From Sarea resinae (lineage: Eukaryota), in the NCBI GenBank assembly GCA_026026165.1, contig JAPEUD010000027.1:62001-126000 (forward strand): a stretch of 64,000 nt of DNA, in the 5' to 3' direction. Position 1 is the first letter of the stretch. Every line of letters begins with the position of its first letter. The notes under the pieces were generated by a model, which did not search any database, was not told the DNA's origin, and saw only the letters and a program-made list of their open reading frames with translations. The position numbers and the translations under genes are program-made. Below, one piece after another: positions 11,020-21,859 of this stretch.

Positions 11020-13319
11020 GAGAATAGGTTAGTTAGTTGACAATAATGTAAACTATTAATATACTACCTAGCATCTGCTCTAGCTAATTAGGTTTGTAAT
11101 TTGACTTGTTCTTTAGGTGATAGGCCTAGATCCTCTAGATCCTCTCCTCTATTATTGCAGAACCTTTCTGTTAGAACGTGGACTTTTCTAGGAGTCAAAG
11201 TATTGCTATTGTTAATAGCTTTCTTTATTAGTAGAAGGATAGCCTCTTACTACTAACTGCTTAGAAAATTCTATGTAGCTACCTAGCGCTAGTAGACCTC
11301 TAGGTGTTTGTTAGCTGTTATGTTATTTGTTAGCTGTTATATCTAGCTAGTTACTTACTACTTGCGCTGTCTCTAGTGAAATCTTAAGAAGTAAAGCTCT
11401 CTTCTTTCTATTTAGAGAGAGTGTAATAGAGTGCAGTAGATACAATGCATATTAGCTAATAGGTGATCTGTTTAAAAGCATCTAATGTATAACTAACATT
11501 TGCTAGTTTCTAGACCTTGTTAAAGAACTCTTTAAGTATAACACATATAATTACTAGGTAGAATAATCTCTCTTTCTTTCTCTAAAAACTGTTAGATAAC
11601 TAAAACAAGTAGAGAGATTTATATATAGATAGATATATCTTAATAGTTAAAACTATCTTAATCTAGTAGTCAACTTACTTTCCTCTTAAGTCGTTCTAGT
11701 TTAGTGAGAGGCAGATTGTATAGGTCTACTACTAGTTAATAACACTGTAATATAATATATCCTTGTTGCTAGCTTATTCTAATTAATAGCTAATAAGATT
11801 TGATTATTTAGAGTTAGTAGGTAGATAGTAGAAATGTCACCTAATAGTCTTACTTACTATAGGTTTAATATATACAGGCAGCTCTATTTTGTATTATCTA
11901 GAGTCCTTAATAAGATAAGGAAATTAATACTCTATCTTAATCACCTTTGCCTTTATATAAGCCTAGTCCTATATGTTAGCACAGATAGTAGCTATACTAT
12001 CGCTTTTTAGGAAAGGGTTCTAAGTAATAACATATATTTTTATTATTGCCTTAGCTATTAGATAAATATCCTAATGCTTATAGCGCAGATAGCACTCTTT
12101 TAAATGCGCTTAAATCTTTACATATGCTCTTATATCTAGTGTAAGAAGCTAACTTAAACCTGCACTCTAATTATTTGTAAATGTCTATAGGGTGCTAGAC
12201 AATTAGTGTAGCGTTCTTAGTACGTCTATCTCGTTAAAAACATGTGTAGAGGTAGAGTCTAAGTTAATGCTAACTGCTCTAGAATAAGGACTAGAGAATA
12301 AGAGTCCTTTGTTATTGCTTAGAACCTATTATCTATAAGCAAAATCAAAAACAAGTACTCTAAGAGCAAGACTTGCTAATAACAGTAGAGGTAGTATTAA
12401 CAATTTGTTCTAGAAAGTGTCTGTTAACAGATCCTGCATGTAAAGCTCTTCTAGCAGTTGTCTGTTAAAAAGGTTAGGCTTCTAAAGGATATCTCTTTAG
12501 TTAGTTTGTTTTGCTGCCTTCTAACTAGTAGTAGACCTATGTATAGGACGTCTGTCTGTTAGAAGATCTTAGAATCTTATAGGTGATTCTCTTACAGTTT
12601 GATTTGCCTTACTACTTATTTGTTGCTGTTCTACTAAGTACAAGGTAGCCTAGGTGTTATTAGATATATATTGTCTGCTTGTTAGTGTACTCTCTTTGCA
12701 ATTAACTAAGTTCACTTTAATGTGATTTAGCCTAAGGCTTGTTATTTGTCTTCTTATTGCATAAAGACGCTCTTATTTATTCAGATTCTTTCTAGGCAGA
12801 TAATTGCGCCTAGATACTTCTTTGTCTGTTAGTGTACTTATCTAGCTATTAGGAGTCGCTAGTATAAGTTGACTTTCTAGACTCTTAGTGCTGTCTAACT
12901 AATATCCTCTTCTCTAAGTAGGTGTATTCTATGTTATTAGATTAAGTGAATTATCACTATCTTCTGCGTTTTTAGCAGCAGATACAGCGCTAACGTTAGA
13001 TAACTAACTAGGTAGGCTTTGTGTTAGAGACATTGTAGCTTGCTTATAATTCTCTTTATCGCTATCTAATAACATCAGCTATAGTTGCTCTTAGACTAGA
13101 GGAGTAGTAGTAGCAATCACTAGATCTAAACTATGTTTAGTCCTTTAGTAGTAGTCTTTTATTAAGTGCAAGTATTGCAGAAGGCAACTGCTTTGTTTAG
13201 CATAGATTAGATAAGTAGAGATAGAAACAAGCGTTACTATTAGTAAAGTAGTTGAGTTTTTATTCCTTAGCAGACTAAACATCTTGCTAGGAATAAGTCT
13301 AGAGTTGTTTAGGAGGCAT
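11020..13319 (-). pseudogene. Cargo gene: low-complexity N-terminus plus DUF6532-like C-terminal domain, with introns
   Basis: ATG at 13319 (MPPK..). De-RIP motifs 'YVITQNPFP.......ICADIWDQAC' (~11950-12030), 'VVDLYNL......LLDQD.FNY.D', 'LFHPVII.VI..EFF...DAF..I...LICIVSTALYH.LSEWKEG.F...DF' (~11375-11570). GTAAGT introns present. Confidence 0.55.
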
Positions 13320-13849
13320 TGTAAAAGTTACTAGCTTCTCTATATAGAGCAGATTTAGATAGCTAGGAGTTTAGTGCATAAGAGACATTAGCATTAAATA
13401 GGAATTTAAAGAGAGAGAGAATTATTAGTCTAAGTAGAGATAAGCATTGTCACTTAAATTACATCTTTGCAAATTAACAGACAATTATGTCGCTGTTAGG
13501 ACAACTTATGTGATTAATTTAGATTTATACATGCTTAGACTAATTAAAACAACACTAAACAGAACGAAAGAGACTAACTTAAAGTAGATTAGCAGATGTT
13601 AGCTTCTATACCTTGTTAAAGTCATCTAGAAGACACTTATAGTTTAGAACCAACTATTGCTGCGATCCTTACTAGGCTGCTAGAACAGAGTATAGTAGAA
13701 GAGTAGGTGATAACAGTCCTAAGAGCAGCAGACATGTATGTCTGCTGCTCTTAGTATTATAAAGTCGCCTATAATCAAATAAAAACTTATGTCAGCTGTG
13801 TTTGTTACACGTCCTATTTGTCTTTGTCTCCTTTGTATATTGTAGGGTT

Positions 13850-16160
13850 AATAGTAGGGGTTGTTATCTTTAGTATCTATATTATCTTCACTACTAATCT
13901 TAACTTTAACTTGCAGCAGAACTAGCAGATTGTTCTTCTTTAGAGCTGCGTTATTTAGGATACCTCTTAACCTCTAGGTAGCTATAAGTGTATTCTTAAT
14001 TGCAGACTTAGTGTTAATAAATCGATACAAACTCACCTCGCTGCGCTAGCTAATGCAGTGAACCTTATTAAGTGCCTATTGCTTAGAGGTGTCTATATAA
14101 TCAGGTTTAAAGACGACTGCTAGATTCGCGCGAATTAAGGTTAAGCCTAGTGACATTGTGCCTATTGTCCTAACTAAGTAAAAAGGTTCTAAGCTAGAGA
14201 ACATATCTATAGTGCCTTAGAATCGTTCTACTAACCTTAAGCGCTCTGCTATAGAGATTCCGCTATAGAATAGAGCAACTAGCTTGCATCTAATATATTT
14301 TATCCACTGTATATCTGCTGTTAGCCTAAGTGTGTTATCTAGTAGACAAATGCCACTTACTATTGCAATAATAAAGGCTGTGATTAGGAATACAGTAAAG
14401 ATAACTATCTTTTCACTCTCTATCCTTAAATTCACTCCTATATTATTAATAAGATTATCTAGTACTTTTAATTTAGAGGATAACTAGCTAAGCATTTCTA
14501 GATTGTTATACAACAGACATAATTCCTAATCCTTAGTGGCTATAGACCTAACGCTTAATAAGCTTTAGTCTAACCTAGCTAGATTAGGGTAGGCAAGGCC
14601 TAGGAATAAAGAGATAATTTGTAGTCGCTATGCGTATTAGAAATATATTATTAAAGTGATGCGTTATCCTTTGTTTAACTCTAGAATTTAGTTTGTTCTT
14701 GCTACTGTAATAGCTTACTGTTGTTTGTATGCTGTCTTCTAGCAGTTATTGCTAAACTAGACTGACAATTTATATCTGTAGAATAGCAGGAGGTTAATTA
14801 GCAGGTAGCTGTCTAGGTTGACTGCATTTTTATCCTGTTAGATTATTAGCACGCTAAGGAAGCTAACAAAATTCTAGGCATATTAATTAAAGTCTTTATT
14901 AGTAGAAGGCAGTCGCAGTCTGTTAGGTTTTGCTATGCAATTAAATAGATTTTTGTACTGACTTTTAATAAAGTCTAACTTTTTAGGCAAGCATTTTTGT
15001 CTAACGTAAGAGGGATTAGTTGTCTATTAGGTATATATAAGAATGTTTACCTTCTCTCTTAAGTCTCTAGGCACAATAAACAGAGTGCTAGAGAGAAACC
15101 ACATTATAGGCTAGTGTTCCTTATAGCTTTGTCTTAAGGTAGTTAGGTCTTAGATTAGGTTAGTGTTCTTTGATTTAATAATGTGCGCCTTATCTACTAC
15201 TATCTGCTGAAATTAAGTTTCTGCCTACAAATTGCAGCGAAGTCGCAAACACTTAAACAATATCACTAGGATAACATTTAATCTCACGTGTTTGCTACTA
15301 GAGTCTGTTTCTATTAAGTCTGCAAACTTGTGTTCCTATTAGCTGTGCTTAAGAACTATTAGGTTCTTAGCAATCTATTATGCAGTGAACGACTTTTAGT
15401 ATTCTGTCACCTACATGCAGGTGAGATATACTAGGCATATAACTATATTCGCTCCTCTATCTACAGTGATTTAGGAGGTTATAGATCCTAGTTAACATAG
15501 GCATTGTATCTTATAGAGGTTGTCACTAGGACACTTAACGCTGCATTTAGTATTGTTATCTATATTGTCTAATAAACACAAGTGTAAGTAAAATGTTATA
15601 TAATATTTAAAGTCTTATGCAGATAATACCTACTACTAGCCCTTAGATATCTTCTGTTATAGATTCGCTAACTCTTTATTATGTCTAAGTGATTATAGTA
15701 TAAGGTCTGCAAAGTAGCAATAAGAGCTAACGTTATTAGTGTCTGCTAGTAGATTAAGCGTTAGCTATTAATTTAAGTACATATTAAAGAGACACTATAG
15801 CAGACACGCACCTTTCTAAACCCTATCCTATTTGCTAAAAACCCCTCTCTAATTCCGTTGCTTTTGTTGCGTAATATAAACATAATAGCTGTAGCTTAAT
15901 GCAGTAGTAGTTAAATAGGTGCTTAAAGGAACAGTAGCTTTATAGGTATTTAGGTTGTTAATGCAGTGTGTTTAGGAATAAGGAACATAGCTGCTATATC
16001 CTTCTACATTTAGAGTGTGTTGTGTTAAATTGCTAGACTATTTTAAATAACTGTTTAGCGTTTCGCTATCACTAGGTTCGTTCTCTTAATCAGGTTATCT
16101 ACCCTCTCTAATTCGTTATACTATCTGCTAGCAAAAGCACTAAGGTCCTAGAGGCCTACA
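13850..16160 (-). pseudogene. Cargo gene: SNF2-family helicase/ATPase core
   Basis: De-RIP motifs in the correct order: 'LLPHQATAIMFM..E.NGIRGGFLADGMGFGK|T' (intron donor at 15811), 'CPS...QCPC' insert, 'IVICP.HL..MW..E', 'IVVDEAH' (15183-15203), 'WFLSGTP' (~15081-15101), 'EKMVIFT.FP' (ORF 14217-14435), 'GLNL..A..VVFEPDY....QQAL.KVHRIGQ' (~14045-14150). Confidence 0.85.
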
Positions 16161-16248
16161 AAGTAAGGACAAAAGTCAGTAGAGGTTGTCACCTATTATC
16201 CTAGTACTTACTAGGCAGACAATGTTCTGTGCTATATAGATAATTGTC

Positions 16249-16385
16249 AGGTAGCAGATTATTATATAGAGTATTATTAGGTGGCAGATTATTATATAGA
16301 GTATTGTTAGGTAGCGGATTGTTATTTAGAGGATTATTAGGTGGCGGATCGTTATTTAGAGGATTATTAGGCGGCAGATCATTGT
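16249..16385. repeat. 30-bp tandem repeat, about 4.5 copies (10-aa DPPPDD-like unit on the minus strand)
   Basis: AGGTRGCRGATYRTTAT... recurs every 30 bp. Confidence 0.85.
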
Positions 16386-16876
16386 TTTTAACAGGTAGAT
16401 AATCCTTGTCATCGACGTTATCTTTGTTGCTATTATTGTTATTAACGTTATCTTTGTTATTATCTTTGTCCTTAATATCCTCTTTATTAGCATCCTTGCT
16501 ATTAACGTCTTCTTTATCAGCCTTATCTCTTGTTAGGTTATATGCAAGCTTATTAGAAATGTCATCTTTAATTTGCAGTGATAGGTCTATAAGGAGTTAG
16601 CTCTGTAGTAACAAGGAATAGTACTGCGTTTAAGTCTAGCAGCTTACGCTTAACGTTATAGCGACCTAGCTTAGGAACTAGTGACAGACGTTGCGTTTCC
16701 TTCAGCTAATATAGTGATAACTTAGGTGTGCTACTAGACTGACTAACGCCTGCTGCAAGGCCTAGCAACTAACCCTTTAGTAGGTGTTAGCTAGTCTTAG
16801 TAGTAGAGAGTAAGGTTGTATTTAGTGTTATTAGCGAATAGCCTTGTCCTAGATCTATAACTAGCAATTTATTTGT

Positions 16877-17000
16877 AGACAAGCCTAGCAACTAACTCTT
16901 AGACAAGCCTAGCAACTAACTATTAGACGAGCTTAGCAACTAACTATTAGACAAGCCTAGCAACTAACTCTTAGATAAGCCTAGCAACTAACTCTTAGAC
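16877..17000. repeat. 24-bp tandem repeat, 5 copies, flanked by a ~110-bp direct duplication (~16720-16830 and ~17035-17145)
   Basis: AGACAAGCCTAGCAACTAACT(C/A)TT units start at 16877, 16901, 16925, 16949 and 16973. Confidence 0.9.
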
Positions 17001-17756
17001 AGTCGTTAAGTTTTCTATAGCAGAGGCGACAACGACTTAGGTGTGCTACTAGACTAGCTAACACTTGCTGCAAGGCCTAACAACTAACTCTTTAGTAGGC
17101 GTTAGCTAGTCTTAGTAGTAGAGAGTGAGGTAGTATTTAGTGTTGTTGCATTTAGGTTTGCATAATGTGTCTCTAGTTAGATAATTAAACAGTCTGTTGC
17201 ACTAGACAGTTAACAACTGTATTAGGACTAGACATAATACCTTATAGCAGACAGTGCATATACCTAGTCTAGGTCTTATCTGTATAGAAACTAAGTCATT
17301 ACTAGCCTGCTTAAGGTTTCTGCGTTTTACATCCTATATAAGGTTAACAACTAGAAATTAATGTACTCCTATAAGGAGACACTTACAACATAGAATACAA
17401 TTAGTTGTAGGCCTAACTTAAGTACTAGTACAACCTCTTTATTGTATTCTAATCTGATTCTCTCTCTCTCTATATCTGTCTTAATCTTGTTAATAATCGC
17501 TGCTTATAGGATAAACCTAGCAATAATATTACAGATACTATCTATAGTTAGAGATAACAGTAGGAAAAGTCAGGTGCTTATCTTGTTATCTATTGTTATA
17601 TACTATTTAGCTAGTCAGTTGTCTATTAACTGTTAGTAAATGTTAGTTAATAGATAAACGTATATACCTCTTACCTATTAGTAGTCTTATAGGAGGAGGT
17701 GCTGTGTAGATAGTTAGTAGATAAGAAGGTATTAGTGTACAGAGAGTGGCAAGGCT

Positions 17757-18265
17757 ACTAGGCAGAAGGGCATTAGAGTCAGATTAATTGTCTGTTAGCT
17801 GTTAGCAAGTGCTATTCGATCGATATAATTAGATGTCTCCTACTTATAGGTGTCCTTATAAGCCGCTAAACAGTCTAGTTAGTGGCTTTATACTAAGAAG
17901 AAGCTAGCGTACAGATAGTACCTGCTAGAGGACTACTAGGTAGAAGGGCATTAGAGTCAGATTAATTGTCTATTAGTTGTTAGCAAGTGCTATTCAATCG
18001 ATATAATTAGATGTCTCCTACTTGTAAGTGTCTTTATAAGCTGCTAAACAGTCTAGTTAGTGGCTTTATACTAAGAAGAAGCTAGCGTACAGATAGTACC
18101 CGCTAGAGAACTACTAGGCAGAAGGGTATTAGAGTTATATTAAATGTCTATCAGCTGTTAGCAAGTGCTATTCAATCAATATAATTATATGTCTCTTACT
18201 TATAGATGTCTCTACAAGCTGCTGCAATGTCTGTTTAGTGGCTTTCTACTAAGAGAGAGCTAGCT
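17757..18265. repeat. 178-bp tandem repeat, about 3 copies (exon plus intron unit)
   Basis: ACTAGG(C/T)AGAAGGG starts at 17757, 17935 and 18113. Confidence 0.92.
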
Positions 18266-19959
18266 AGCAAGAGGTAGCTAAAGTACTAGAGGCGTTAGAT
18301 AGAGGTAACAGCAGGGTTCTACTTTTAGATTGCAGTTCTTTCTTCACGTTGTCTTACAGCTTCTTACAGATATCTTGCACGATAATAAATAGGTGTTCCT
18401 AATTGTAGCTCTATCTAGCAGCTTGTCTTCTGATTTAGTCTGCAGACAGCATTAGAAAGTTAGCAGACTGTATCACGTCCTCTATTATAGTGTTGACTGT
18501 ATAATTTCCCGCTGCTTAAAGGTTAGTGCAGCTATAGTCAGATAATACTTGCTAGATAGCCCCTTGTAATCTAGTCTTAGCTTTGTTCGACGTAACACCT
18601 AGATTTAGGTACGCTTCTAATAGCCTCTCTTTTATAAGTTCTTATACTTAAGGATTAGGTCTTACAACTGTCTCTTGTTCTAGTTAATAAACTGCATCCT
18701 ATTATATCTCTTGTTAGTCACGTCTGTTGTATAACAAGAGAGTAGCTTACTTAGCTAGATCGTTATAATATGTTAAGAGGCAGAGAGATAACTAGCAAAG
18801 AGAATAAGTAGGAAGTGATTAAGGCTAAGAGTATAGCACTAAACTTAAGTTTAGTATAATAAGAATAATTAGGCTGCTAGACTAAGAGAGATATAACAAG
18901 CTAAAAGATAATAACATAAGAGAACACAAGTAGAGAGCTAATAAGGCTAGAGATAAAGTTAATATCTTAATAGAACGATTATCTGAATTAGTAACAAAGT
19001 AAGGTTATATCTAGTAGGAATTCTTAATTAGGCTAGACTAGGTGGTAGGGGTTTTATAGCTTTAATATTAGATGAATAACGCGTTAGCGCAGCGCAAGGT
19101 GAATAAGAGTAGCAGCAGCAAATAAGAGTAGCAGAAGTGAATAGAGATATAAGGTGAATAGAGATCTAACTAAACAGAACAAAGAATAATAACATTGTAA
19201 CGCGCAAGAAAGAAGACAAAGAAACGTTGCTATTGTCGACTGTTTCTAGCTATTAGCACTTGATGCTATTAGTATATCTAGTGCGCAATATTGCACCTCT
19301 AACTAATATTATATCTGATATACAATATATTATATAGATAATAGTTTGCTTGTGTTTTAGACAGCTATTAGTGTAGGAGTAAGGTTAAAGCAATATAAAT
19401 AGCAGCACTGCTTGTATAGTGTCTACTTAATAATAAAAGTCTAATAGTTAGTCTACTACTTAAGTAAACTGTCTGCTAATATAATGTTAAGATAGAGTCT
19501 TATAATAGAGTATTGACTGTAGTATATCTAGCATTTTAATATTAAACAAAGAGGTAGAGCAAGAATAGTAGAGTAACACTGCATATAAAATCTGCATTTT
19601 AGCTAATAGCTGCTACATGCGTGCAACACACATTAGAGGCACTACCTTATATTATGCAACAGATAAGCAGTGTACTAGGTAGTTAGGTAGGTAAGGTACT
19701 GTAGTAGATACAGTACCTACCTAGGTATATCTTAGACTACAATGTAGTAGGTAGTTGCAGTCTACTTAGATTTGTATAGCTACTGTATAATAGCATACTA
19801 AGAGATATACAAATATACTTAAGAGTACCTTACTGTAATATCGTGCTATAGTAGTCCTTAACAATAGACTAGAGTACGTAGTACTATATAGGAGCAGATT
19901 AATAACTAATACAATTAGTAGATTATCTTGTTTGCATACAAATTAAGTCTAGTTTATCA

Positions 19960-21715
19960 CTAAATTCATCTATGTCTTTAGCTAAGGCAGGTCTTTAAAT
20001 CACTTAAACGCTAATTAGAGTAGCTAACCTGCTATACAAAGCTAATCAGACATTTAGACTAGTGTATAGTGTTATCTATTAGTCGACTTTTGTTATATAG
20101 ATAACATAATAGACCTAAAACAGACACTAATATATAGTTTACACAACAGAACGTTATGTGACTACCTCTAGAGAAGGTGCAGTAGACAATTAGGTTTCTT
20201 TGCTAAGGACTAGAGAAAGCTTCTGCTAAACGCCTACTGTCTTGCTGTAGTTACATGTTATAGAGATGCTTTTATTATCACGCTAGACACGCTTATTGTA
20301 ATTAATCAAACTATCTAATGCGCGATAATAAGAGCGCTCTTTTAGTCCTTCTAGTATGCTGTATTTGTCTGTGTATATAATCTTATTAGCAAGGCAGATA
20401 GGAATTTCGTCTAATACATAACAACAGTTATCTCTTAGTGATATCTAATAGACATGTATAGTATATCTACTTACTACTACTTAGGTAGCAAGATAATAGC
20501 CTCTTCTAAGGCAGACTACTTTTGCTTGCATGTTTAGAGCTAGTAACAAAAGGTACTTAGTAGGATAGGAGTCCTGCGTTGTTAGTTCAGGTCTAATCCT
20601 ACAATTAAGTGATATACTATCTGCTTGCTCTTCTTCTAAATCGTAAATTTCTGCAATCTGTTTGTTTGTTAGGTTTTGTGCAGACATATATCTCTTTAGA
20701 GATGCTAGACAATGACAATTAGTAGACAATTGTCTCTTAGGTAAAGATAGTCTAGTTATCTAGACATATGTTATTAAATAGTTATAGTGTTGTGTTATAG
20801 GCTACACTCACGATTTTTAAACGTATAGTTTCTTCTAGAAAAAGTTCGAAGGCAGACTCTAGCTCACTATTATATTTAATCTAAAACGTCTAGTAGTTAA
20901 CGTCTAAGTCTATCTAAACTATCTTATAGCTAGGTATATAGCGTCTAACGACTTGTCAGATAGATTCTATTAAAGGGGATAGAAGAGAGTGTATCTAGGA
21001 TTTAAAGGCGTTCTCTCTATAGTATATATCCTAGATAACATAACGTTTAACTATCTAGTATATAAGGATATAGACATTAAATAGGTATTAGATGTTACTT
21101 ACTAGTTAGAGTCTTTATGCTAGAAGTTGATATTTCTACCGCGCTAGTAGATAGTAGTGTACTACTATTATCTTTGCCTTCTCTATCATTATTATTAGTT
21201 GTGTCACTGTCTGCTGTAAGAGGACTGCGTTCTCTCTTCTCTTAATCTCACTCCTTTTTACAACAATCTTAGATAACAACGTATAAGTATTCCTAATAGT
21301 CTGCCTATCCTTAAGGTCGTTGTCTAAAGTAATCTGCTAGGGCTAAAGAGAAGTCTACCTGCTAGATTATATCTCTAATCAAATTATTAACTTGTTTAGC
21401 CTCTGCTTAAACAGTGTTATATATCTTATGCTGACTCGCGATGCGTTTCACGCAACGTTGCAATGCTGCCTTGCTTTTATTTGTTAGATTAAGAGTATAA
21501 TATGCGTCTGACAGCTAATAATAAGACAATTGTTTAGATCGCCTAGACAGTTAGTTTAAGGGACTAGAGAGTAGACAATAAAGGCTACTAGCAGTTAGCT
21601 AACAAGGTGCTTTTCTCTACTAAGTCTCTCTAGTTAGTGAGGTGCTAATCTTATAGAATCAGGTGTACTATATAGGTCTGCTAGAGTTTGTGCTTTTTCT
21701 AGGTGAGAGCGACAT
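19960..21715 (-). pseudogene. Cargo gene of unknown function, divergent from the transposase
   Basis: ATG at 21715 (MSLSPRKS..) opens a long frame broken only by RIP-type stops. GTAAGT (~21100) and GTGAGT (~20810) donors. Includes ORF 20481-20729. The 3' end is approximate. Confidence 0.5.
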
Positions 21716-21859
21716 AATAATTGTGCTTAGGAAGTCCTATCCTAATATAAGCTTAACACAAAGGTATATGTTAATTAACATATGTGTAGAAATAGAAATC
21801 ACTGCCTTATCTACCTACATTAGTATAAACGTATAGGTTGCCTATATACTAACACTAAT

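Larger units (their letters stand above)
16160..18720 (-). pseudogene. Repetitive, low-complexity coding region upstream of the SNF2 core (its N-terminal extension or a separate cargo gene)
   Basis: Minus-strand Pro/Asp-rich and acidic tracts, in-frame tandem repeats and repeated intron signals. Confidence 0.45.

Noticed and set aside
16249..18265. Repeat arrays as CRISPR-like loci
   Set aside because: The units are directly tandem with no unique spacers, fit coding or exon duplications, and lie in eukaryotic DNA with no cas genes.
10613..21800. TET/JBP dioxygenase or KDZ transposase among the cargo
   Set aside because: I looked because of the known Plavaka association but found no convincing HxD...H or CxC motifs. 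RIP damage means absence is not proven.
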